A DNA stretch of 39,996 nt. It comes from Octopus bimaculoides. Taxonomy: Eukaryota. Positions 11,852-23,044 of the stretch are shown in pieces. The stretch spans positions 7,905,589-7,945,584 of the forward strand of contig NC_069005.1 of NCBI RefSeq assembly GCF_001194135.2, given 5' to 3'. The stretch's first letter is position 1, and each line of letters opens with the position of its first letter. The notes beneath the pieces are model-generated. The model made no database searches, was not told where the DNA came from, and saw only the letters and a program-made list of their open reading frames with translations. The translations under genes were made by a program, and so were the position numbers.

Positions 11852-12677
11852 NTATATATATATATATATATATTAATTGCTGGTGATTGTATTTCATTAT
11901 GCCTCCGTAATATACTACCAAGTATATTTTATTATGGCTGGGTTCCAATCTGGGCAGCAGCTACTAAGTTCACCACCTACCACACTTCCTGGTCCATCAT
12001 CACTGCCTCAGGGTCCTGGATACATTCCAGGTCAGTGTCTACAACCAAGTTATCAATGTAAGTGTGACAATGTTTTCCTCTGCTTACATCATCATGAAGT
12101 GGGTTCCACAGGACTAATTTGGATGCTTCCAGTCCAGAGTGATGCACACAATGACTGCAGAGTCACTGCTGTCTTTTCCTGATCTTCTCACTTACTTTTG
12201 GCAGGACTCCATGAAGGCATTCATTTGTCATATATTGCTGCGATTTCACATTTAGAGACATTTGTAGCATGGCTTACAACTCAATACTATGTCACACCTG
12301 TGCTATCAGTGTGATTAAATCACTTTATATATATATATATATATATATAGTTATGTGTATTTCTTCTATCTTAATGAATAAAAATTCTTCTGATAGAATA
12401 AATGGGTTAATAGAAACCAATGTAGCAAAGAACACAAAATAACTGTGGTTTAGTTCCTGTTTTTAAGGCAGGTACTCCTTGAAATTTTGGGTATTTGAGT
12501 ATATTTAAGAATTTAAGGAATGGAGAAAACGCATGTTATAATTGCATACTTTATTCCTACATATGTTTCAAAGGATTACAACCTGTGTGATCCATAGGGA
12601 TCTTTGATATTAAAATTGTAACCTTCTCATCAGGGAAAGCATGGGAATCATCTTAAACGTAAGACATTATGACCGAT

Positions 12678-12708
<31 letters not shown>

Positions 12709-13029
12709 CAAATGATATATAAGCATATGCGTGTATACATACATATATATACATACCTACATCTACATGTATATATAGATGCATATCCAGGTGCAGGATG
12801 TCAAAAAAGTAACTGGAACATAAACAAAGCACAAAAAACGGACTTTTTTTACGAACAACAGAACGAACACATAGGAAAACAGACGAGCCACTTACGGAAC
12901 TTTTCCTTCATCAGCTGCCTCTATTCTGACTAGACATTTCAAAGATGAGGCATATATATATGCAATGCCAAGTGATTGAGACCTTTGGCAATATACTGTG
13001 TTTGAGAAGGAAGATCCATCAAGCTGAGT

Positions 13030-13245
13030 GAAATCGTCATGGCAGACACTGGTGCCACACAACTGGCATGTAAAAGCACCCATTACATTCTTGGAGTGGT
13101 TGGCACCAGGAAGGACATCCAGCTGTAGAAACCATGCCAAATCAGGCTGGATCCTGGTGCAGCCCTTCAGCTTACCAACCCTGGTCAAACCATCCAACCC
13201 ATCATGCCAGCATGGACACCAGATGTTAAATGATGAAGATTATGA
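13030..13245 (+). mobile_element. Retroposon family D (ggcattaggaagggcatccagc core; 3' tail ccaacccatgccagcatgga...ttaaatgatga)
   Basis: Same core and (GAT)n tail as 32520-32772. Confidence 0.7.
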
Positions 13246-13324
13246 TATATACACGTACATACATACATACATACATACATACATACATACATACATACAT
13301 ACATACATACATGTGTGTGTGTGT

Positions 13325-13775
13325 GTGAAAGTGCACGGATGTTGCATTTATGATCACAAAACCATGGTTTCAATTCCTAGACTAATGATTCATGCTATCT
13401 ATTACAAGACAAGTGAACATGAGAAGTTTCCTTGATTGGTGGTGGTAGTAGTGGAAATTTCTTGTTGGGTGAGGATTTGATCATCATAAATATCATGGAC
13501 TCCCCTGTATGAGGATTCAGCAAGAAATTGCTGAACAACCACACAGATGATTTGTTTATAGTGATCAAATGTTTGTGTAGACATAAGCTCACTTGCTCCG
13601 TCAAATTGACATTATCTGTACAAGTGCACTGAGTGCCACAACTCAGATGACGGAATGATTACAAAGCAATATGAAATGTAGTGCTTTGCTCAAGAACACA
13701 ATGCCATACCTGGTATCTGGGAGTCGAACCCATGATCTCACAATCATGAGTGCAACACCCTAACCAATAAGCCAT
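13325..13775. mobile_element. SINE family C pair in opposite orientation (+ at about 13325-13610, - at about 13610-13775)
   Basis: tRNA-like head with B-box-like ggtttcaattcc on +; reverse-complement head gggagtcgaacc...caacaccctaaccaataagcca on -. Confidence 0.6.
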
Positions 13776-13944
13776 TAAGGACTGGAACGTACAATTTCCT
13801 GTAAGTCAGACCACCTCATGGTCCCAGCAGACAAAATGGAAAAGGCTTTGCCCCAGAGGATGGTGTGGGGGATGCACTGGATTAGCCACTCTGGCTTCCA
13901 GGGCTTGCACTTGTAGACATCTCCACCCCAAGATCAGTGTGTAA

Positions 13945-14315
13945 TTGGTACTTATTTCATCAATCCCGAAAGGATGAAAGGCAAAGTTGACCTCGGTGGA
14001 TTTTTGAACTCAGAATGTAAGAATGGATGAAATGCTGTGAAGCAGTTTGCCCGGCATTCTAACAATTCTGTCAGCTCACTGCCTTGATGATAATAATAAT
14101 AATCCTTTCTATTATAGGCACAAGGCCTGAAAGTTGGGGGAAGGGGATAGTTGATTACATCGGTCCCAGTGTTTCATTGGTACTTAATTTATCGACCCTG
14201 AAAGGACGAAAGGCAAAGTCAACCTCAGCAGAATTTGAACTCAGAACGTAGCAACAGACAAAATACTACCAAGCATTTCACCCAGCATGCTAACAATTCT
14301 GTTAGTTTGCCACCT
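13945..14315 (-). mobile_element. Two tandem SINE family B copies
   Basis: gaaaggatgaaaggcaaagttgacctc...gaactcagaa occurs twice, separated by (AAT)n. Confidence 0.75.
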
Positions 14316-14640
14316 TATAATAATAATAATAATTATAATTATAAAACAGGTATCGAGCAAGAAATTTTTGAAAAAGGGAAAAATTGTTAATTTTGACACT
14401 GGTTCTATTTTATTGAACTGTCATAGGCTTAAAACCATGAAAATTTGAAAGGGTACAGTTATTTATATTAATAACAATACTGATTCGTAACTGTGGAAAG
14501 ACAAAAGGGAAAGTCACCCTCTGCTTAATTCTAACTTAATAATCCTAAAAACATGTATTTTTTAATTTATTTGTCAATGAATAATTTGTGTTCACATATC
14601 TGATATGTTTTTTTTTTTTTTGCCTTTTTTCTATTTTCAG

Positions 14641-14754
14641 ATGTTGTCTAGTCAGGAAATAATGAAGTACTACACATTTTTTGTGACAATTTTTCTCTTT
14701 GCTACTACATTATGTTCTACTATTCCTAAACCAAAAGACAGAACCATTGACAAG
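14641..14754 (+). CDS. CALU: Calumenin-like exon 2 (first coding): MLSSQEIMKYYTFFVTIFLFATTLCSTIPKPKDRTIDK, signal peptide
   Basis: Polypyrimidine tract and ttttcag acceptor ending 14640; donor aag|gtaagt at 14755; 114 nt, phase 0; hydrophobic core; ATGs at 14641 and 14662. Confidence 0.88.
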
Positions 14755-14791
14755 GTAAGTGGTTGTTGTTATGAAAAAAAAAAGGTTTTAT

Positions 14792-15140
14792 AGGCACAGG
14801 CGTGACTGTGGTAAGAAGCTTGTTTCCCAACCACATGGTTCTGAGTTCAGTCCCACTACATAGAACCTTGGGCAAGTGTCTTCTATTATATCCTTGGGCT
14901 GAGCAAAGCCTTGTGAGTGGATTTGGTAGACAGAAACTGAAAGAAGCCCGTTGTGTGTGCGTGTGTCTTTGTGCCTGCTTTTATCCTCAACTGATGTTGT
15001 GTTTATGTCCCCGTAACTTAGGAGTTTGGCAAAAGAGACCAATAGGGTAAGTCCTGGGGTCGATTGCTTTGACCAAAAAACCCTTTAAGGCCATGCTCCA
15101 GCATGGCCACAGTCAAATGACTGAAACAAATAAAAGAATA
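14792..15140 (+). mobile_element. SINE family A copy, 37 nt after the exon 2 donor
   Basis: Head gcgtgactgtggtaagaagcttg...ggttctgagttcagtcc; body gccttgtgagtggatttggtagacagaaactgaaagaagcc; shared tail. Confidence 0.8.
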
Positions 15141-15462
15141 ATTCTTTAGCATTCAGATTACTTTGCCAAACACATTCCTTATTTTTTCAGATTGGTTTGA
15201 ATTAATCCTGCATTCTCGTAGCTTTGAGATTTCAATGATGTGATTGTATATTATTACAATGACATTGCATAGTAGTTGTGAGAAGCGAATCTGGTCAATT
15301 TGAACATAAAACTTAGAATATTTGTGTCGGGTGACATTAGTGACTCTATGGCAACTTTCAGATTGGTTGGGAATAAGGAAGGTGTTAGGGACCTGATCTG
15401 ATGTATTGCAACAGCGTAGACTCGGCTAAAGACCCCCCAACAACCAGATGGTCGTTCAAATT

Positions 15463-15640
15463 GGATGTGGCTGTGTGCTTAGAAGTTTGCCTTCCAACCA
15501 CATGGTTCCAGGTTCAATCCCACTTTGTGGTATCTCAGGCAAGTGTCTTCTGCTGTATCCCTGGACCAACCAAAGCCTTGTAAGTAAATTTGGTTGACCA
15601 AAACTGAAAGAAGCCTGTCGTGTTTGTGTGTCCTTTCCTT
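15463..15640 (+). mobile_element. SINE family A, partial
   Basis: Head and body similar to 14792-14960. Confidence 0.65.
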
Positions 15641-16112
15641 GACATCACATGGTAGTTCATAATGTAAGTGGTGCCCTTCATTTCAAGTCTTTTGTGAAAA
15701 TATATCTGGTCATGGAGAAATGTTACTTTACTTGGAAACAGGTAGGAGATCCAGCTGTAGAAAATCTGCTTAAACAAAAATTCCATCCAACCCATGACAG
15801 CATAGAAGAGTGGAAGCTCTAACATCCGCTGTATCTTTTAAATTTTCTACTACTACCCCATGTACACACATGCACATCTTTTAATTTGGATGTTAGGTAG
15901 ATAAAAATTGCAAGCCTAGATTTCACTTTTCTTAATATCACCTTATGTAATTATAAAGCAGTTGGAATAAATTTTGCTGAGAAAGAAGCAGGTTTAAACT
16001 ACTTTCTTCTAGGTCATGATTCCAAATCCTTAATCATTTGGCAACCATCATGGGCGTCATTGATCACTAAATCTGATTTATTTTTAAATATACTTGTCTC
16101 TGGTAAAAGTAT

Positions 16113-16629
16113 GTGGCCTAGTGATTAAGGTGTAGCACTTGTAATCACAAGATCATGGTTTCAATTCTCGGACTGGCAGTGCAATGTTTTTTTGAGCAAA
16201 GCATTTCATTTCACATTGCTCCAGTCCACTCACCTGCAACTGATTGTTATCCAATTCAGGGGTGACGTTGGCCTACCTGCCTAGCCATTTTGGTGGCATC
16301 ATTCGAAAGCTCCAACAATGTGAAGAAGTGCATTGTAACCAGCAGTGTGTAACCACATCTGATAATCTGTTTTGATATTTATCTATAAAGGTAAAAGGTA
16401 GTTAGCTTCTTGAGTTATGCTGATTAGTAAGGGCCAGTTTCCATGGTATATATAATCCCAACCTGGAAAGGCCACTGGTCCATTGTACAATTACTCATTT
16501 TTGCCAGCTGAGTGGACTGGAGCAACGAAAAATGAAGTATTTTGCTCAAGAACATAATGTATTGCCTGGTCCAGGAATCAAAGCCACAATCTTATAATCA
16601 TGAGTCCAACACCCTAACCACCAAGCCAC
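16113..16629. mobile_element. Inverted pair of SINE family C heads (16113-16238 +, 16501-16629 -)
   Basis: gtggcctagtgattaaggtg...ttgagcaaagcatttcatttcacattgctccagtccactca versus tgagtggactggagcaacg...ttgctcaagaac...caacaccctaaccaccaagccac. Confidence 0.75.
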
Positions 16630-17164
16630 ACGCCCCCGTGATATTTATCTATGACCTTGTACCAATGTTAGAAAGTCGTCAGAAATGGTCGAGCACTTGA
16701 GTTAGTGTTTTACAAATAGCCATTGGTCAGTGTTGCTCCACTGGGCTTACAATTTAAAGACGTTGCAGGAAGGACCATCCCATCTTGATTTCAAATCTAA
16801 TGTATAGAAAACGCTATTGTTCACTGCATTCTTCCTTTTTTAAAATAAGGTGAAAATTCTGGATGGTTTGATTACTATCTCTAATGAGTTGAGTGATCAT
16901 GTAAGGCTCCGGCCCCTATTGGCTTTTGATGTTGTTTATGTTATTGTTGATATCACTCAACAAAGCGTGACATCTTTATTATCTGGTCTTCATTTTTTTG
17001 ACCAGACATGTCCACCACTTTCTTTCAATTCCACTAACAGCATTTCAGCCACTAAACCCTTAAAAGAAAAACCTATGTCGTTCAATGGCATTTCTATTCT
17101 TCTGCCAATTTCAAGACTTTTGGTTTTATGTCTGCTTTTTCTATTATTACCAAGATGAGTAAGG

Positions 17165-17335
17165 TAGCAAGCTGGCAGAATTGTTAGCCTGCCAAACGAA
17201 ATGCTTAAGAGCAGTTCATCTGGTCTGAGTTCAGATTTCACTAAGGCCGACTTTGCCTTTCATCCTTTCGGGGTTTATGAAATAAGTACCAGCTAAGTAT
17301 TGTGGGTCAATGTGATCAACTTAAACCCCCATCCC
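17165..17335 (+). mobile_element. SINE family B copy
   Basis: gctggcagaattgttagc...gactttgcctttcatcctttcgggg...aaataagtaccag. Confidence 0.7.
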
Positions 17336-18036
17336 TTACAAAATACAAAAAAATAAAAATAATAATAAAGCAGTCTTCTGGAATCTTTCATGTGCTCAGT
17401 TTCTTCCCAGTTGAGTCCTTCTAGTTTGCATTCCACCATTTTACAAAGAGTTGTGGTATCACATGCTTCTTGGGTTTGCACACGTTGACCACTGATAAAC
17501 ACGGGATTCTGTGCTCCTACATTATGGAGATTCTGGATTGTTTAATAGCTTAGCATTTTATCTTTTACTTGTTTGAGTCGTTAGGCCGTGGTCACGCAGA
17601 GGTGCCGAGGTTGCCTCTGCATCATTGAATCGACCCCACTACTATATTTTTTTGCTTTGGCTGTACTCACTGTATTGGTCTCCTATACTGAACTGCTAAG
17701 TCATGAGGAAGTAAACACACTGATTGTCAAGCAGTGATGAGGACAATGCACACACACACATAGCTATATCTAACACAAGTAGTTTTTATTTGTCTATTTG
17801 TATCATTGTCTCCCTACTTGCTCATCTGGATTCCTCTTATAGCCACTCTTTCTCCTGCTGTCTCAGTCCTCAGTAAGGATCTTGGAGTGTTAGTTCAAAT
17901 CATTTGAGTGCTACTAAGTCTTTTCAGTGTTGAGCATCTCTGCATCTCATTTGTTGACTCTATACATATGTGTATATGTATGTGCATGTATATGTGTGTG
18001 TATATATCTATCTAGTCTGTTAAAGTCTGTCATACC

Positions 18037-18076
18037 GGCCATGACGAAGGGAAATAGCCCTGAAACTCGAGTCGCC
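18037..18076 (+). ncRNA. Degenerate minimal type I hammerhead ribozyme motif (Penelope-like retroelement type)
   Basis: GGC-C(a)TGACGA-AGGG aaatag CCCT-GAAA-C TCGA G-TC-GCC: stem II 4 bp, palindromic stem III CTCGAG, GUC triad, 3-bp stem I; one extra A in the core. Confidence 0.5.
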
Positions 18077-18364
18077 TTTATATACTTATATTTATATATT
18101 TGATCCTTTATATTGAACACTCAATATTACATCTACATTCAATACTTTCTTTCATGGTGCCATCCATTTTTATTTTATCTTATTTTATATTATATATTGT
18201 ATATTATATTATATATTGTATATTCCATATTCTATACCCCACATTGGTTCTGCAGGAATATAAATAAAACATAAAAAACAGACAGTGTTGGAACTCTTTT
18301 AAACAAAATAATATATTCCTCTATACACAATCATACAAAAAAACCACCTTTTTTGTATTTATTT

Positions 18365-18410
18365 TTACTCGCATATATATATATATATTTATATAATATA
18401 CACATACACA

Positions 18411-18486
<76 letters not shown>
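18365..18486. repeat. (TA)n microsatellite; similar tracts at about 6530-6570, 8030-8064, 12675-12705, 34125-34190, 36484-36545; (TACA)n at about 13255-13312
   Basis: Read directly. Confidence 0.95.
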
Positions 18487-18487
<1 letters not shown>

Positions 18488-18643
18488 GACGGGCTTCTTT
18501 CAGTTTCCGTCTATCAAATCCAGTTACAAAGTTTTGGTCGGCCCGAGGCTATAGTAGAAGACACTTGCCCAAGGTGCCACGCAGTGAGACTGAACCCAGA
18601 ACCATGTGGTTGGGGGAAGCAAACTTCTGACCATATAGCCACG
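18488..18643 (-). mobile_element. SINE family A, head half next to a long (TA)n
   Basis: ggcttctttcagtttccgtctatcaaatcc...gactgaacccagaaccatgtggttgg, same as 3455-3600. Confidence 0.75.
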
Positions 18644-18820
18644 CTTACTCAGTAGATGTTTATTTTGTTATTCAATGGCTTAATAGATATTTCCACCATT
18701 TTAAATATATAGTTATTATGTGGTATAATCTCTTCTGTACGGAAGAAGTGTGATGTTGTGAGCGCACAGTCTTTTGTTTCTATCTTTAACATTTTGTCTC
18801 CCCTATTTGTGTTTACACAG

Positions 18821-18951
18821 AAATTGAGTGATATAGATCATGAGACCAATGGTGTCCACAATCCCGATTACGACCATGAAGCAATCTTGGGAAAAGACGA
18901 TGCTAAAGATTTTGACCAACTTTCACCAGAACAAAGCAAAGAGAAATTAGG
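18821..18951 (+). CDS. CALU: Calumenin-like exon 3: KLSDIDHETNGVHNPDYDHEAILGKDDAKDFDQLSPEQSKEKL(G)
   Basis: Acceptor tttacacag, donor g|gtaagc at 18952; 131 nt, phase 0-2; matches the CREC motif YDHEAFLG...FDQLTPEESKERLG. Confidence 0.96.
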
Positions 18952-19249
18952 GTAAGCTGATATTTCAATTTGTTCAACTTCGTTACTGTCTTTGATCGTT
19001 GACGAATGTGTTTCATCTTCATCATTATTATTTAACCCTTTTGATACGAATCCACCTGAGACCACTCCTGGATGTATGATACAAATTTTAAACTGATCTA
19101 AATGGAAAACTTCCAACAAAACTTCATGTTTGTTTATGTTCCAAATAACGGCTAAATAGTAACAGTTATTCCACTAAAATTCTTCATTATTTTCAAAAAT
19201 AATTGAAACAGAGACAGTGCATCTCTACAGAAATGGTAATGAAAGGGAC

Positions 19250-19440
19250 AATGTCCATTTTTTTATTCTGGCATGGATTGGATGGCTTGACAAGGTCTGG
19301 CAAATCCCAGAGCCATGTCAAGTTCCAGTGTCGGTGTTGGTATGATTTTGGTGGCTGGATGCCCTTTCTAACACCAACCAGTCAATTCAGTGTGTTCTGA
19401 GGGATTTCTTTTTTCATGCCACTGGCATTAATGAGGTCAC
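19250..19440 (-). mobile_element. Retroposon family D copy
   Basis: ctggcatggattggatgg...ggctggatgccctttctaacaccaacc. Confidence 0.65.
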
Positions 19441-19589
19441 CAAGCACTTTCAGGATGAGAAAATAGAAAACAGGAACTAAGTTGAGGAAATATTTGAGAG
19501 AGGGCACAGTGGTTCTATGCCAGGTTTTGAGAGGCTCAGGTATGATAGAGGGACAAGTGCAGGTGGGATACATGCTGTGATGGATCAGT

Positions 19590-20030
19590 CCTGAGCACTG
19601 CAAATTGCCTGTCCTCTCTTGGTTTGTTGTCATCTCTTCCGTGAGACTCAGCACCTTAACATCTGCCATCACCACTTCATCCTGGGTCTCCCTCTTCCAC
19701 AAGGTCACTTTAAACGACTGGCAGTTATGCAACTGTCATCCATACACATCACATGACCAAACCAGTGCTGTCCTCTCTCTTGTACACTACATCCTAATTC
19801 CTCTTACGTGCAATTAGTTTTCTCTCAATACATTAGTACTTTGTCACACATGCACACTCAGTGGTACATACATGCAGCACATTGCTGTGTCCATCATCTG
19901 CTGGTGATTCCCTGCTACTCCTGGCAGATGGCAGTTTTGTGCCACTCAGGCAACAACCCTCCAACCCATAGGTCTGTTTTGGGTATTCATTGCTGGTGAG
20001 GGTTTTACAAGGTTGAAGTGCAAAACTTAC
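19590..20030 (-). mobile_element. RTE-clade LINE 3' remnant
   Basis: Minus frames RGIRCSVQERGQHWFGHVMCMDDSC, CGRGRP, DEVVMADVKVLSLTEEMT; typical RTE C-terminal motifs with frameshifts. Confidence 0.7.
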
Positions 20031-20148
20031 CTCGACATCTTTTAGTCAACTTTTATGACATGCTAAGGAAACATTAAGCCTATTCTTTGATATGGCAGTT
20101 CCCACAAAGCACAGCGGATTCATTGCATTCTTTATTTTGTTCATTTAG

Positions 20149-20345
20149 AAAAATTGTTGACAAAATGGATAAAGATCGCGATGGTTATGTTACTGAAGAG
20201 GAACTGAAAAATTGGATTAAATATGTCCAGGATAAATACATCATCAATGATTCAAATGAACGCTGGAAAGAATATGAATTTCAAGACACAGATAAACTGG
20301 ACTGGGAAACATTTAAAAAGAAAACTTATGGATTCACAGAAGAAG
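20149..20345 (+). CDS. CALU: Calumenin-like exon 4: EF1 (DKDRDGYVTEEE) and degenerate EF2
   Basis: Acceptor tcatttag ending 20148, donor g|gtattt at 20346; 197 nt, phase 2-1; KIVDKMDKDRDGYVTEEELKNWIKYVQ...WETFKKKTYG. Confidence 0.96.
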
Positions 20346-20465
20346 GTATTTACATTGTTCTGTCGTTTTACAGTTTTACACCATTCTACTAATTCAGTCT
20401 TTTACCTATTACTTGGTTTTAGTCATTGGACTCTGCTCTGGCAGGGGTACTGATAATGTCTAGGG

Positions 20466-20709
20466 CAGTGGTTCTCAACCATTTTTTTTGTCTGTGGATT
20501 CCTATTTCACTCAGATGTACCCTCATAGCGAATCAATGTTTAATAAAAGTCGTATTGTATTTTTATAATTAAATATTAGGAATTGTATAAAAAAAATTGT
20601 TCAAATATTTTGTGTGTTGTACAAGTATAACAAATTTATTGCACATAAATTTTAACAAAATATTACATGGATCCCCAAGGGCCTTATGGACCCTGATTGG
20701 GAACCATTG
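20466..20709. mobile_element. hAT-Charlie (MER5-like) MITE; a second truncated copy starts at 20718
   Basis: TIRs CAGTGGTTCTCAA / reverse complement CAATGGTTCCCAA; flanks GTCTAGGG and ATCTAGAA fit the nTCTAGAn target preference of Charlie elements. Confidence 0.65.
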
Positions 20710-20789
20710 ATCTAGAACAGTGTTTCTCAACCATTTTTTACCGATGGTCCCCTTCTCATTTTACTTGGATGAACTGAACCCTCCCAGTC

Positions 20790-21165
20790 ATTCAGGTTCT
20801 GGGTTCAGTCCCATTGCGTGGCACCTCAGGCAAGTGGCTTCTACTATAGCCTCTGACCAACCAAAGCCTTGTGAGTGGATTTGGTAGACGGAAACTGGAA
20901 GAAGCCCATTATATATATATATATATATATATACATACACACACATACATTTATGTGTGTCCTTGTGTCTGTCCCCCCCCCCATCGCTTGACAACTGATG
21001 TTGGTGTGTTTACTTCCCTGTAACTTAGCAGTTCAGCAAAAGAGACCAATAAGTAAGTACCAGGGTTACAAAGAATAAGTCTTGGGGTTGATTTGTTTCG
21101 CTAAAATCTTTCAAGGTGGTGCTCCAGCATGGCTGCAGTTAAATGACTGAAACAAGAAAGAAGGA
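20790..21165 (+). mobile_element. SINE family A copy (further fragments at about 21177-21275 and 21375-21520)
   Basis: Same head, internal microsatellite and tail as 14792-15140. Confidence 0.75.
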
Positions 21166-21869
21166 ATAGAGTGCAAAGCATGGCTATGTGGTCAAGAAGC
21201 TTGCTTTGCAGCCACACGGTTCTGAGTTCAGTCTCACTGCACAACATCTTGGGAAGTGTTTTCTACTATAGCCATGTATGTGTATATATGTATTTGTGTT
21301 TGTTCATACACACATATGCATGCACACACACACTATTTCACAGCTGATATTCCTTTCTTTACATCCCCATGACTGAGAAGTTTAGCAAAAGAGACCAATA
21401 GCCCAAGTACCAGACTTTAAAACAAATAAGTACTGGGGGGGGGTAGGGTCTGTTAGTTTGACTTAACCCTTCAACTCGGAGCCCCAGCGTAGCTGTGTTC
21501 CATTGACTGAAGCAAGTAAAATATACAAGATAAAATGTTAGACTTGTGTTTCTACAGTTGCATTAGCAATTACATCCAACAAGTCGTTCAAATATCAATA
21601 AATCATTGGAAAAATGGTTCAATAAATAATTTTAGTTAATTGTAAGATAGAAATTTAAATGTAATACAATGTTTTAAAAGAAATTTAAAGTGCCTACATG
21701 ATAACTGTAAACCTACTTTTGGGCCACCTTGTATATATATATATATATATACACACACACTTACATACATATAGGGATATCTTAACTTGCATCTGTATTT
21801 GGTTCAGCATTACATGAAAATGTTAAGTCAGTTTAGTTGAATTCCACCCAAATTCTTGGTATTTAAGCA

Positions 21870-22440
21870 GATAAGTAATCATTACTACCATCATTTCCCA
21901 TCATTTTCCATTTTCCCATGCTGGCATGGGTTAGCATGGTTCAACAAGAGTTGGCATGGGGTGGCATGGTTCAACAGGAGCTGGCATGGGTTGGATGGTT
22001 CAACAGGAGCTGGCATGGGTTGGATGGTTCAACAAGAGTTGGCAAGCCAGAAGACTGCACTAAACTCCAGTGTTAGCTTTGGCATTCTTTCTGTGCCCTT
22101 CTTAATACCAACCACATTACAGAATATACTGGGTGCTTTTTACATGGCACCAGCTCATGTGAGGTCACCAGGTAGTATTTCATTAAGAATTTGGCCTGGA
22201 AAGGGTTAAGGTACCTCTATGATGATGGATCTTGTCCTCATCATCTTCATTTGGTGCTCAAGTTCTATGCTGGCATGGGTTGTACAGTTTGACAATTTGA
22301 AGGACTGCATCATATTACAATGTCTGCTTTGGCATGGTCTCTACAGCTGGATGTCCTCCCTAACACCAACTCCATTATAGTATGGACTGGGTGCTTTTTT
22401 GACTTTCTGGTGATGCCATTAACACTATTGTGGATGCCAT
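21870..22440 (-). mobile_element. Two retroposon family D copies, the first with an internal tandem amplification
   Basis: ccatgctggcatgggtt at about 21916 and 22267; cagctggatgtcctccctaacaccaac at about 22345. Confidence 0.65.
21921..22038 (+). repeat. 4 x 29-30 bp tandem repeat ctggcatgggttggatggttcaacaggag
   Basis: Units of 30, 30, 29 and 29 bp read directly. Confidence 0.9.
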
Positions 22441-22504
22441 GCAGCTTGCAAGATTACAAACCCCAAAGAAGAGTGTATTCTCATATAGATGGATGCATAA
22501 TACG

Positions 22505-22735
22505 TGAAGGCGCGTGGCCTAGTGGTTAGGCTGATTCCCTGATTAGGTGGTTCATCGTGTTCTTGAGTAAGACACTTCATTTCTCATTGTTCCAGTCCCT
22601 CATTGATCAGTAGGGATTGATGGCCTGCTCGCTTAGCCAGCAGGGTGGCAGAATTTGAGGGCTAAAACAATGCAAAAGCACATTGTGTCCAGTGGTGTGT
22701 AACAACATCTGATAGCCTGGTCGGTCATGTGATGC
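22505..22735 (+). mobile_element. SINE family C copy
   Basis: A-box-like gtggcctagtggttagg head; body cattgtgtccagtggtgtgtaacaacatctgatag shared with 16330-16370 and 24165-24205. Confidence 0.65.
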
Positions 22736-22877
22736 ATGTCACCTGAAGATGACTCCAATGTCCCAGGTTCCTCAGAGGATAGAAACTTTAGAAATCTTTA
22801 ACTGAAAAACCAATTAATTTTTTTTTTTTTTTTTTTTTTTGTGTTCACCAATTAATTAAGTCTTTTTCTACATTCAG

Positions 22878-23044
22878 ATATTAAACCAACTGATGAGAAA
22901 GCTGTTTACAAAGAAATGATCACTCGTGATAAGAGGCGGTGGACCTATGCTGACTTGGATAAAGATAACCACTTAACTAAAACTGAATTCATGCACTTCC
23001 TCCATCCAGAAGAAGCTGAGCACATGAGAGACATTGTTGTTTTG
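22878..23044 (+). CDS. CALU: Calumenin-like exon 5: EF3 (DLDKDNHLTKTE) and HPEE motif
   Basis: Acceptor cattcag ending 22877, donor ttg|gtaaga at 23045; 167 nt, phase 1-0; YKEMITRDKRRWTYADLDKDNHLTKTEFMHFLHPEEAEHMRDIVVL. Confidence 0.96.

Noticed and set aside
6664-12061. Long ORFs containing X runs
   Set aside because: Artefacts of translation through N gaps.
12870-12920. Second hammerhead-like motif on minus (CTGATGA aggaaaagttcc GTAA ... GTC)
   Set aside because: GAAA core is changed to GTAA, stem III does not pair, and the cleavage triad cannot be aligned with stem I; at most a decayed repeat terminus.
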